In this document: positions 1 to 9,686 of the stretch, in pieces
Numbering within the stretch: position 1 is the first letter of the stretch
How the letters are laid out: each line of letters opens with the position of its first letter
Source of the DNA: Waterburya sp.
GTDB lineage: Bacteria; Cyanobacteriota; Cyanobacteriia; Cyanobacteriales; Xenococcaceae
DNA length: 64,000 nucleotides
NCBI GenBank assembly: GCA_965217895.1
Contig: CBDCJV010000002.1
Coordinates: forward strand, 4,160,001-4,224,000
Reading direction: 5' to 3'
Notes under the pieces: model-generated
Told to the model about the DNA's origin: nothing
Database searches by the model: none
Seen by the model: only the letters and a program-made list of their open reading frames with translations
Program-made: the position numbers and the translations under genes

Positions 1-1107
1 CAGGCTAAGGATTTAAATGCCGATGACATAGAAATAATTAAGCTGTGGAAGCATAATTTTATTGGTTTGTTTGAAATTAAAGCGATCGCCGACGATGCTT
101 ATCAGTTAATGAACTGGTTAACTGCTAAAACCTATCAGGTTTATGGTCATTCTGGCATATCAGATAAGGAGAAGAATAGATGGCAGCCAGGAGAAATTAT
201 TTTAACTATTATTGCACCTATAAACGATCGCGAGTGGTTCTTTTTTAGCGATCGCATTATTAAAGGCAGATTAAGTCAGCCAAAACTAGCGGTAGCTATT
301 GGCGAGTTTCGCGATAATTACCCTGATTTTCTCTATGCCGATGCACCAAAATTATTAGAACAAGCTTGGGATTCTGTAGCAGTATATCATCAAGAGTTTG
401 TTGACTATATGGGTAAGGACAATTTAACTTTGCCTGGCTACAAATTAAATCAGAAAATTGCTGAACTTCAGCAAATTATGAGCCAGAAAAAACTGGCTGA
501 AGCAGGTATTGATGATTCAAAATCTCTATCCCAACTGCTAGCAGAATCAGGTAAAAGTGAGTCTGATTTTACTAAAGCTGCCACGGATTTAGGAGTAGAA
601 GCCGAAACAGTAGCTAAAATAACTCAGAATAAAGATAAGCTGTCGATGGTAACTCCCAAAATCGATCTGCCAGCCGATATTAAACAAGCAGAAGCAGTTA
701 CCGTCTTTTCTCATCCGCGCTGGGGTCAAATGTTTTTACCTACCTACGAGAAGTTTACCAGTTTATTAGCCAATGAGAATCTAGAAGATTCTGAAACTGG
801 TAATTTATATGTTCGCCGCTATTTAGAACAGCCTGAAACAAATTATTATGTTTGGCAACAGCTAAAACAAAAGTATCCTCAAGCATTAACAAAACTGTTA
901 CAAAATTATAGTAATAAAGACAATTTTGATTTAGAAACAGATTTAGAGCAATTATTACTTAAACATAATAAATCATCGACTCCCGAATTGCCTGCGATCG
1001 CCAGCGTCCCTATCCATCTTAATAACTTGTTTGAAGCAGCGGTAGCACAAGTGCAGAAAACTAAAGCTAAAACTAAGAAAAAGAAGAAAAAAGGTTTCTT
1101 GACCTAG
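1..1107 (+). CDS. conserved cyanobacterial hypothetical protein (5' end outside window)
   Basis: Frame is open from base 1 (QAKDLNADD...) to the stop at 1107; Lys-rich C-terminus; no recognised domain. Confidence 0.75.
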   Translation, partial: QAKDLNADDIEIIKLWKHNFIGLFEIKAIADDAYQLMNWLTAKTYQVYGHSGISDKEKNRWQPGEIILTIIAPINDREWFFFSDRIIKGRLSQPKLAVAIGEFRDNYPDFLYADAPKLLEQAWDSVAVYHQEFVDYMGKDNLTLPGYKLNQKIAELQQIMSQKKLAEAGIDDSKSLSQLLAESGKSESDFTKAATDLGVEAETVAKITQNKDKLSMVTPKIDLPADIKQAEAVTVFSHPRWGQMFLPTYEKFTSLLANENLEDSETGNLYVRRYLEQPETNYYVWQQLKQKYPQALTKLLQNYSNKDNFDLETDLEQLLLKHNKSSTPELPAIASVPIHLNNLFEAAVAQVQKTKAKTKKKKKKGFLT

Positions 1108-1110
1108 CCC

Positions 1111-1866
1111 CTATGTTAAATGTCTCTCAGGATTAGAAATTCTTTCTATTTTCTGCAATTTCAAAGGTATCTTAACTGGGGGACGATGTGTTGCTGCTTT
1201 TTCTCCGTTTAAAATATTCAAGCTTTCTAAAAGAGCATTTTTTACTATTGGTATTTGTGGTTCGAATAACATTAAACGATAATATTCGATCGCCTGCCAA
1301 TAATATTCTGAGTCCAAGCGATTAGTTTTGACCAAGCGAGTTAATTGCCGAATCGCTACTAAACGTTTGAGATGGCTGTTATGGCTCAAATCTGCCAGCA
1401 ATTGTTCTAATTTAGTCTCTAGACTATGAGCTTTTTTATTTTTTTTATTCCACAAAGACCACGCTAATAAAGCTAGAGTCATCAAGCTAGCAAATCCTTG
1501 CACAATTGCCCCTGTTGCCAACCATTGATTATCTGCATCAGCCCAGATAGAAGCAGCCAAATAAGTGCAAAATGCCCCTGTTGCACCGCCACCTACAGAC
1601 AAAATTAATTGACGATTAGAACCAACTAAAAATCTTTGCCACTTCTGACAGTAACGTTGCCAATGAGGATTCTGTAATAGATAGCAGCCAGACATCAAAC
1701 CGATGCCGACTGAGGTAGCAAGAAACAATTTCCAGTTAAGCAGCCATAAAAGAGCAAATACTAAAAGGCAAAATGCCCAGCCGTTAACTTTGCGTAGCCT
1801 TTTATCCTTAACTAGCAAAACGAATGTATTAAAGATTTCTTGCCAGCTAGACTTTGCTTTGGACAC
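1111..1866 (-). CDS. hypothetical membrane protein with C-terminal HEAT/armadillo-like helices
   Basis: 251-aa ORF with several hydrophobic segments followed by an LKRLVAIRQL helical motif. Confidence 0.65.
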   Translation of the reverse strand: MSKAKSSWQEIFNTFVLLVKDKRLRKVNGWAFCLLVFALLWLLNWKLFLATSVGIGLMSGCYLLQNPHWQRYCQKWQRFLVGSNRQLILSVGGGATGAFCTYLAASIWADADNQWLATGAIVQGFASLMTLALLAWSLWNKKNKKAHSLETKLEQLLADLSHNSHLKRLVAIRQLTRLVKTNRLDSEYYWQAIEYYRLMLFEPQIPIVKNALLESLNILNGEKAATHRPPVKIPLKLQKIERISNPERHLT

Positions 1867-1982
1867 AGAGATTTACCAATCCTATCTCGATATAATATAC
1901 TATCAATTTTCAATTATTGCTGGCTTTTTTTCCAAACAGTCTCTTAAAGCTGCAAGCCTTGCCAGCCAAAGATTGTTTTGCT

Positions 1983-2777
1983 CTAACTCTTTTGACCACT
2001 GACTCCTACTGTTGCCAAATAAATCCCCCAGGAAGTAGGCTTTTGGGCAAACTGACAATAGTTTTGGATATCTTCTTTACTTGCTATTCCTGTAGCGATA
2101 TATCTAGCGCAAAGCTGAAGGGCAGATAGCCTCATAATTTTGGCAATGTCTGAATTTCCTGGTGATACAGGGACATCATTCTCTATCTGTAATTGTTTCA
2201 AGCCTAATTGTTGTAAAATCGCGGGCAGCTTAATTCCCAAAGCATAATCTTTTCCTTGATCCTTAAACATTTGCCAAATAGCTCGATTGACTTTATCGAC
2301 TGATTGCTGTTCTTCTGTAGTTCCAGAAATGAACTTAGCAGCAGAAAAATCAGGTTCTTCGATTACTAAGCAGCCGTTGGGCTTTAGTAAATCAATCATT
2401 TTAGCTAAAGTAGTCTGGCAGTCTACTATGTGAATTAGGACATTGCGAATATGAATCAAATTAAAGGAGTTGCTGTCTAAAGAAATTCTGTTGATATCTC
2501 CTTTGATCATTTCCACATTTTGTAACGATGTCTCTTCCACAAAGCGAGTATCCACATCTACCGCGACAACCTTACCCGATTCGCCAACTATTTTTGACAT
2601 CCATTTCATGATCGAGCCTGCCCCTGCGCCAACTTCTAAGCATTGCCAGCCTGTAGCTATGCCTGTGGCTAAAATTCGGCGACGGCTAGCGGGATCACAG
2701 ACTTGTTCTAATATCTGTAGTCGTCTTAATTCAGAATCAAATTGAGTATCGGTAAATATATATTTTGATTCTGTCAT
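1983..2777 (-). CDS. class I SAM-dependent methyltransferase
   Basis: CLEVGAGAG motif I, VVAVDVD, LKPNGCLVIEE; ATG at 2777 (MTESK). Confidence 0.9.
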   Translation of the reverse strand: MTESKYIFTDTQFDSELRRLQILEQVCDPASRRRILATGIATGWQCLEVGAGAGSIMKWMSKIVGESGKVVAVDVDTRFVEETSLQNVEMIKGDINRISLDSNSFNLIHIRNVLIHIVDCQTTLAKMIDLLKPNGCLVIEEPDFSAAKFISGTTEEQQSVDKVNRAIWQMFKDQGKDYALGIKLPAILQQLGLKQLQIENDVPVSPGNSDIAKIMRLSALQLCARYIATGIASKEDIQNYCQFAQKPTSWGIYLATVGVSGQKS

Positions 2778-2783
2778 TATCAA

Positions 2784-2999
2784 TTAAAAAGATTGGCGAG
2801 ATGCGAACTTTTCAATAATTGCCTGGGTTTCTTGCAACATTTGTTGTCTACTGTTATTTATCTTACCAACCCCTGTATCTGTTAGGTTAGGAACTAAGTT
2901 GCGAGCCTGAAGTGCCATATGTAGCTGTAGCTGTGCTACATATTCTCCAATATCTTCATGAAATACATCTTGTTCTACGTTTTGAGGTTGAATATCCAA
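2784..2999 (-). CDS. small hypothetical protein
   Basis: 71-aa ORF directly upstream of the methyltransferase; start codon uncertain. Confidence 0.55.
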   Translation of the reverse strand: MDIQPQNVEQDVFHEDIGEYVAQLQLHMALQARNLVPNLTDTGVGKINNSRQQMLQETQAIIEKFASRQSF

Positions 3000-3143
3000 A
3001 ATGCTGAACTCCTGTTTTACTTACAATTCCTATCGCTTATAGTCAAAAGTATCACGTAGAATAGCTTTTTTGTATAACTTTTTACAAACCTAAAATATTT
3101 TGCAATATTTCTGGCAAAAAAACTATAGTTATTTTAATGTCAT

Positions 3144-4208
3144 TCAAACGGCACGGTAAGCTGGGAAGAACTGCGATCGCTTTAGTTCTTCAACTGATTT
3201 ATTGATAGACATAGCTCTAAATTGGAGTAAGTCATTGTATAAATGCGTATCAACTACAGATCTCATAGTAAAAAATTCGTATCTCTGCTTAGAAAAGCCT
3301 GATTTAAAAGTATAGAGATTATCATCTTTGCCGCCAACACCACCGCCTATATGTAAATATTTATTACCCCTGGCTTTTGCCCACAAGCGCATATGGTGCA
3401 GTAATAAATTAAAAGGTGATTGTTTGAGAAAATTGGTCTTCGTGCCTCCAAGATGAGCTTGAACAATACCACAAGACTCAAAAAACAAACTGGCACAAAT
3501 TATTTTACCTTCCGATTCTACAATACCCAAGTGTAGCTTATCCTCTAGCTTTAATAAATCTCTAAAATAATCACGACTAAAATAGTAAATATCGTTTGCC
3601 TTTACCCGATCCATTGTCTCTTCATAAATGGCAATAAATTCGTCCATGTATTGAGCAAAAGAAACCGTCTTGGCAGAAAGACCTAGCCTAATACATTTAT
3701 TAATCGTGCTTTGATGCCCTTTACGAGTTTTTGCCCAAATTTGCTCTTCATCTAAAGTTAAATCGATAGATACAGTTTTACCATCTTCCTGAAATGATTC
3801 TGAGTCAAAAGCATGAGTAAATTTTGCACCTAGAATGGGGTGCAATCGTAAAAAAGCTGAACATACATTCCTTTCTTGTAAAGCTTGGCGAAACTTTTGC
3901 AGGGCAAAATCAAGAAATTCAGGGGTATTAATGGCAGTCTCGCTCATTAAAATACCAGGATAACCATAGGGAGAAACAATATCGTAAATTTCTTCTGGTT
4001 CGCAATCAACTATATCTGCACAAGAACGTAATAAATAAGGAGCGAAAAAAACTTTGTCTCCCTCTTCTAGTAAAAAGGCTTCAGGTTTTGTCTTTGTCCG
4101 TTTAGCATCCAAAGCTACATAATCTGGCAAATGATATACATCATGAGACAGCTTGTCTAAAGTTGCAGACCAAACAGGATTTTTCGGATCTAATATTTCC
4201 AGCTTCAT
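3144..4208 (-). CDS. GNAT/FemAB-like acyltransferase associated with a glycan locus
   Basis: D..SPYGYPG, SAFLRLHP and LHIGGGVGG..D.L..FKSGF motifs. Confidence 0.85.
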   Translation of the reverse strand: MKLEILDPKNPVWSATLDKLSHDVYHLPDYVALDAKRTKTKPEAFLLEEGDKVFFAPYLLRSCADIVDCEPEEIYDIVSPYGYPGILMSETAINTPEFLDFALQKFRQALQERNVCSAFLRLHPILGAKFTHAFDSESFQEDGKTVSIDLTLDEEQIWAKTRKGHQSTINKCIRLGLSAKTVSFAQYMDEFIAIYEETMDRVKANDIYYFSRDYFRDLLKLEDKLHLGIVESEGKIICASLFFESCGIVQAHLGGTKTNFLKQSPFNLLLHHMRLWAKARGNKYLHIGGGVGGKDDNLYTFKSGFSKQRYEFFTMRSVVDTHLYNDLLQFRAMSINKSVEELKRSQFFPAYRAV

Positions 4209-4390
4209 TGTTTTTGTAAGTCAGGATTGTTAAAGTGCCTCATGATTTTGCAGTCCTGACCATTTATGGCTTTTATCTAAATCACGCTTACTACGGTTAT
4301 AATACACTAGCTTTGACCTAGTTGCCAACAATATTTTCGGTCTAGCCCCAAAGATTTCTATACCTAAAAAACGTCTTCTCTTTTACAATT

Positions 4391-5263
4391 TTAAGTCTGT
4401 GACCAAACCACAGGAAATATATGAGGATCGCTAAAATCAGGATCTCCATTAGCTAATTTTCGACAAAGTTTTTCATCAAACATATGGACTTCTTTGCCTT
4501 CTAAATCGTAATATGGACGATAATAATTATCTTTATCCTGATAATGAACAATCATAGCAGTACGTTCGCGATCGCTACAGTTAGGATAACTACCATGGAC
4601 AGTCCAGCCATTGTGAAAGCTTACCTGTCCTTTTTTGAGAGTCATGGGTATTTTGACAACTGCTTTTTTTTCTTGGAGAAATTTAGTCTCTAATTCTTCA
4701 AGATTAGGCTGATTAAACAGTCGCATATGCTCTAAATCTGACCAATGGTTACTGCGATCTATAACCACTAGAGGTCCGAGGGATTCATCGCAATCTATAA
4801 AAGGTATCCAAGCCGTCAACAGTTTTTCTGAACTACAGGTTGCCCAATAAGAGCGATCTGTGTGCCAACCTATCGGCGAATCTGTTTTTGGCGGCTTGGA
4901 AATCAACTGATCGTCTAGCAGCCGAATTTCTGAACTTCTAGAGAGTCTAGCTGCGATCGCTCCCAAAATCGGATTTAAGGCTAACTGTCGCAATTCTTGC
5001 TTCTGTAAAGAAACAAATTCGTTATTTCTTAATGTTTTTCCATCTTGAGGTTTCCAATCAACAAAACCATCATCGGTTTTTAAAATGGCATCCCGTTCTC
5101 CTTGATAGAATTTTTTCGTACCTTCAATAGCCAAATCAATTACTTCTTCAGGAATAATTACGGGAGATTTATACCATCCATGTTCTTCATAAAATAGCAC
5201 TTCTGCTTCTGTAGGTAAAAGAGCTATTTGTTCTGGAGTGAGCTGAAATTCTAAAGTTCTCAT
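4391..5263 (-). CDS. phytanoyl-CoA dioxygenase (PhyH) family Fe(II)/2-oxoglutarate oxygenase
   Basis: WHTD (HxD), TAWIP, G.VSFH...VHGS.PN.S..ER motifs. Confidence 0.9.
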   Translation of the reverse strand: MRTLEFQLTPEQIALLPTEAEVLFYEEHGWYKSPVIIPEEVIDLAIEGTKKFYQGERDAILKTDDGFVDWKPQDGKTLRNNEFVSLQKQELRQLALNPILGAIAARLSRSSEIRLLDDQLISKPPKTDSPIGWHTDRSYWATCSSEKLLTAWIPFIDCDESLGPLVVIDRSNHWSDLEHMRLFNQPNLEELETKFLQEKKAVVKIPMTLKKGQVSFHNGWTVHGSYPNCSDRERTAMIVHYQDKDNYYRPYYDLEGKEVHMFDEKLCRKLANGDPDFSDPHIFPVVWSQT

Positions 5264-5299
5264 GTTTAAAAATATCAGTATTAATTTTCTAAAATTTAG

Positions 5300-5926
5300 C
5301 TAAGATTTAGGCTCTTGAGAGCCAAAGAATTCTTCGTTAGTTACAAATCCTTCCTGATTTATTCCATCTTTGCGTATTACCTTTGAAATCGTCAAGCAAA
5401 GAATTTTAAGATCTAACCATAGACTCCAGTTATCGACATAATTAACGTCCATCTCAAACTTATTGTCCCAGTTAATAGCGTTGCGACCATTGATTTGTGC
5501 CAAACCAGTAATACCAGGCATTACCTCATGTCGGCGAGCTTGTCTGGTGCTATAACGTTTGAGATATCTAACTCTTAATGGGCGAGGTCCGACAAAACTC
5601 ATATCTCCTTTAAGAACGTTCCATAATTGAGGTAATTCATCTAAGCTGGTCTGGCGAATCCATTCTCCAAAAGGAGTCATTCTCTGTTCAAGATTTTGAT
5701 CGTCTGGAAGCTGGTTTCCCTGTTCATCGACGCTATCTTTCATGCTTCTAAATTTATAAAAGATAAATATACGTCCATCTTTACCTGGACGGCGTTGAGT
5801 AAAAATAACGGGACTACCCAGGTTTAAATAAACGGAGATCGCCACTAGTAAAATTAAGGGAGAAAAAATTAACAGGGCGATCGCAGCGGTCAGGCGATCT
5901 GCCAAATATTTAATAAATCTACTCAT
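5300..5926 (-). CDS. initiating phosphoglycosyl transferase (Bac_transf/PglC-like)
   Basis: YKFRSM, SLDELPQLWNVLKGDMSFVGPRP, PGITGLAQINGRN. Confidence 0.95.
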   Translation of the reverse strand: MSRFIKYLADRLTAAIALLIFSPLILLVAISVYLNLGSPVIFTQRRPGKDGRIFIFYKFRSMKDSVDEQGNQLPDDQNLEQRMTPFGEWIRQTSLDELPQLWNVLKGDMSFVGPRPLRVRYLKRYSTRQARRHEVMPGITGLAQINGRNAINWDNKFEMDVNYVDNWSLWLDLKILCLTISKVIRKDGINQEGFVTNEEFFGSQEPKS

Positions 5927-6074
5927 GTTTCTAAAAATTATTAGTTAATTTATCTGTGAAACTGCAATTCTGCTCTGAGTTTTAATCTTGGCTTAGAGCT
6001 AAATCACATGGATGTTCACTTAAATATTTCTATAAATTGCCCTAACTATAATTCTTAGCGATCGCTTTAAAATT

Positions 6075-6135
6075 GGTGGGCAATAATTATTTGATTGAAT
6101 ATTGCTAGCCAATTTCTGGAATTTGCCCACCCTAC
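6075..6135. repeat. REP-like palindromic element
   Basis: GGTGGGCAA (6075-6083) pairs with TTGCCCACC (6123-6131), followed by CTAC. Confidence 0.55.
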
Positions 6136-6209
6136 GACTAACTGTCCTAACTGTTAGTTTATTGCTATTCTATAATTTAACTTTAAAACAAATCGGCTGA
6201 ATTTTTTCT

Positions 6210-7193
6210 ATGACTATCCTTGTAACAGGAGGAGCAGGATACATTGGCTCTCATTCTGTCCTGACATTGCAAAAAGCAGGTTACGAGATAATCATACTCG
6301 ACAACCTAGTCTACGGTCACCAAGACCTTGTAGAGACTGCATTAAAAGCTAAACTAATTGTGGGTAACACTTGCGATCGCGCTTTATTACAGCAAATATT
6401 TTCCGATCACCAAATTGAAGCCGTAATGCACTTTGCAGCCTACGCTTATGTGGGGGAATCAGTTACTAAGCCAGCAAAATATTACCATAACAATGTGATC
6501 GGCACTTTCACCCTTTTAGAAGCGATGCTGGAGGCAAACGTCAAGAATTTTGTCTTTTCTTCTACCTGTGCTACTTATGGTGTACCTGAATCTGTGCCGA
6601 TCGAGGAAGAACAGCCTCAAAATCCGATCAATCCCTATGGAGCTACTAAACTGATGGTAGAGAGGATTTTACAAGATTTTAGTCATGCCTACGATTTTCG
6701 CTCGGTATGTCTGCGCTATTTTAACGCCGCAGGAGCAGATCCAGACGGTAATTTAGGAGAAGACCATAATCCTGAAACTCATCTCATTCCTTTAGTTTTG
6801 CAAACTGCCTTGGGTCAAAGAGAATCAATCTCTATTTTTGGTACAGATTATGACACCCCAGACGGAAGCTGTATAAGAGACTATATTCATGTTTTAGATA
6901 TTGCTCAGGCTCATATATTGGCTTTAAAATATCTCTTGAATGACGGCAAAACAGACGTTTTTAACTTAGGCATTGCCAATGGTTTTTCGGTTAAGGAAGT
7001 AATTGAAACAGCTCGCAAAATAACAGGAAAAGAAATAAAAGCGGTAGAATGCGATCGCCGTGCAGGAGATCCTCCCGTTCTAGTCGGTAGTGGTGCAAAG
7101 GCTCAGAAGATATTAGATTGGCAGCCAGAGTATTCTAATTTGGAAGATATTATTACCCATGCTTGGCAATGGCATCAAAAACGCCATGCGTAG
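6210..7193 (+). CDS. galE: UDP-glucose 4-epimerase
   Basis: TGGAGYIGSH, HFAAYAYVGES, YGATK, LRYFNAAGA, ETHLIP, RDYIHV. Confidence 0.95.
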   Translation: MTILVTGGAGYIGSHSVLTLQKAGYEIIILDNLVYGHQDLVETALKAKLIVGNTCDRALLQQIFSDHQIEAVMHFAAYAYVGESVTKPAKYYHNNVIGTFTLLEAMLEANVKNFVFSSTCATYGVPESVPIEEEQPQNPINPYGATKLMVERILQDFSHAYDFRSVCLRYFNAAGADPDGNLGEDHNPETHLIPLVLQTALGQRESISIFGTDYDTPDGSCIRDYIHVLDIAQAHILALKYLLNDGKTDVFNLGIANGFSVKEVIETARKITGKEIKAVECDRRAGDPPVLVGSGAKAQKILDWQPEYSNLEDIITHAWQWHQKRHA

Positions 7194-7456
7194 GTAGTTC
7201 AGACTGCTTTAAATCGAGTGGATATCGCCAATCAGGCAAAAGAATAAGTAGTATTTAGCTAACTGAGCTAGCACATAAGTCTTCAGAAAATTTGGTAATG
7301 TGCAATATTTCTGATTAGTTTATTACAGCAGTTTTAACTAGAACTAATATCGATCTGAATTAAATCATAAGAAAACAGACAAAATGTATGATTATTTTTA
7401 TTTAAATAATGGTATAAAATGAATCGCAATTAATTACTAATATATAATCTATTATT

Positions 7457-8417
7457 ATGAGTACCCATAGTACCCATATTGTTACTGGTGTTGTAGGATT
7501 TATTGGTTCTCACTTGGCAGAAACTCTACTGCAACAAGGTATAGGAGTAATTGGTATCGATCAATTTAATGATTACTACGATCCTCAACTCAAAGAAAAA
7601 AATCTAGTTAATTTAAAGCAATTTGCTAATTTCAAATTAATTAAAGATGATCTTGAAAAATTAGATTGGCGGCAGCTTTTGCAGTCAGTTGATGTGGTAT
7701 ATCATCAAGCAGCACAGGCAGGAGTTAGAGCTAGCTGGGGCAAGGGTTTTCTCAACTATACGACCAGAAACATCAATGCTACCCAAATAATTCTAGAAGC
7801 AGCCAAAGATATCAAATCGTTAAAACGAATTGTCTATGCTTCTAGCTCTTCTATTTATGGCAACGCAGCAACTATGCCAACCCCAGAAACTTTGTGTCCT
7901 CAACCTGTTTCTCCTTATGGTATTACCAAACTAGCTGGAGAACGTTTGTGCTGGCTGTATCAGCAAAATTTTGGTGTTACCAGTCACGACCTTACGCTAT
8001 TTTACCGTTTATGGACCGCGCCAACGTCCTGACATGGCATTTCACAAGTTTTTCAAAGCTGCAATTGACGGTGATGCAATCTCTATTTATGGTGATGGGC
8101 AACAAACTAGAGATTATACTTTTGTTAGTGATGTGGTCGCAGCTAATTTGGCTGCGGGAAAGATCCCTGAAGCTATTGGCGAGGTGTTCAATATTGGTGG
8201 TGGTAGCAAAGTAACTCTAATAGAGCTACTTGAAATTATGGAGCGAGTAATAGGACAACCAATACGCAAAAATTATATTGAACGGGCAAAGGGAGATGCA
8301 CGTCACACTAGCGCAGACATAGCTAAGGCTAAGAAAATTTTGGGTTATGCTCCTCAAGTTTCTTTGACTGAAGGTTTGATAAAAGAATGGAAGTGGATTC
8401 AAACTATTTATACTTAG
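7457..8417 (+). pseudogene. NAD-dependent epimerase (UDP-glucuronate 4-epimerase-like), frameshifted
   Basis: ORFs 7457..8032 and 7971..8417 join into one extended SDR (AAQAGVR, YGITK, LRYFTVYGPRQRPDMA) if one extra base at about 7976-7979 (GGT GTT A CCA) is removed. Confidence 0.85.
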
Positions 8418-8459
8418 AAAATGCTCGATCGCTTTTCGATCTGCCATTTAAGTTTTAGG

Positions 8460-9653
8460 CTAAATTGCTTTTTTAGTTAGAGAATTTTCATAAATACTTT
8501 CGTATTTTTTAACAAAAGAATTTAAGCCGTCTACATTAAAGTTAGTTTTAATATGTTTTCTGGCTTTTATGCCTAACTGATGACGTTCATCTTTACCTAA
8601 AACGATTAATTTGCGCCACGCTTTAGCCAATGCTTGAGGATCTTTAGGAGGGACTACAATACCGGTATCTGCGACGATTGCCTCAGAATCACCTATGTCA
8701 GTTGCAACGCAGGGAATTTGACAAGACATTGCTTCTCCAAGCACATTGGGAAAAGATTCGCCATAAGCAGAACTAGTAGTAAAAATATCGAGTGATGTCA
8801 TGATCTCGGGAATATCTTGGCGTTCTCCAAGTAAATGAATTTGTTCGCCAATATTTAAGCTTTTTATCTGATTTGATAAAGCTGAATTGCGATCGTCTAC
8901 ATTAGGTCCTATCAAGATAAAATGCACCTTGGGATAATCCTCAATCAGCTTTGCTGCTGCATTGATTAAATTGGCATGATCTTTCATTGGATGATAACGA
9001 GCCACCGAACCAATCAAAATACTGTCTTTAGCTAGGTTCAAAGACTGACGTAGATTAAATTGGGGGTTAGATACGGGCTTGTATTTAGATATATCAAAAT
9101 TATCGCTAATTGCCACCGCATTGCTAGGATTGTATCCCAAACTGAGATGTTGCTTTTTACCTTTAGCAGCGGAAAACATTACTGTTTCGACCCAGGAAGA
9201 AAGCAAAGCAGTTAACTTGATTGTTGCCACCAGAGAAAGTTTTTCCGCCCTCAAGGAATCTACCGAATGGTGAATGCTCCAAAAAACAGGAACTTTGTCT
9301 GCCGAGAAAAAATTTGCTAGCTGAGCGATCAAATTGGCATGATACATCCAACCCTGAATCAAATCTGGTTGAATCTGGTTTAATAATTTAGTCAATCCGA
9401 TTAATGCTGGGGGCTTGAATACTCCAGGCTGCATACCCAGATCGAATACAGTAATATTTAAGGCTCGAAATCGTTCGACAAATACTCCTCCCTCAATCAT
9501 TGAAACTACGGTTGGGCAAAACCTGTCACGATTTATTCGAGATAACAGTTTGTAGAGCATCATTTCCGCTCCTCCAGTACTCAATCCAGTTATTATAAAT
9601 AGCAGTTTAATCTTTTTGCCTTTAGTATTTGCTTGCTCTAAATCTGATTTCAT
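8460..9653 (-). CDS. glycosyltransferase family 4
   Basis: GGAE, VARYHPMKDH, ESFPNVLGEAM (E-x7-E) motifs. Confidence 0.93.
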   Translation of the reverse strand: MKSDLEQANTKGKKIKLLFIITGLSTGGAEMMLYKLLSRINRDRFCPTVVSMIEGGVFVERFRALNITVFDLGMQPGVFKPPALIGLTKLLNQIQPDLIQGWMYHANLIAQLANFFSADKVPVFWSIHHSVDSLRAEKLSLVATIKLTALLSSWVETVMFSAAKGKKQHLSLGYNPSNAVAISDNFDISKYKPVSNPQFNLRQSLNLAKDSILIGSVARYHPMKDHANLINAAAKLIEDYPKVHFILIGPNVDDRNSALSNQIKSLNIGEQIHLLGERQDIPEIMTSLDIFTTSSAYGESFPNVLGEAMSCQIPCVATDIGDSEAIVADTGIVVPPKDPQALAKAWRKLIVLGKDERHQLGIKARKHIKTNFNVDGLNSFVKKYESIYENSLTKKAI

Positions 9654-9686
9654 TAACTTATTTTCAAATGATATTGATTGTATTTA

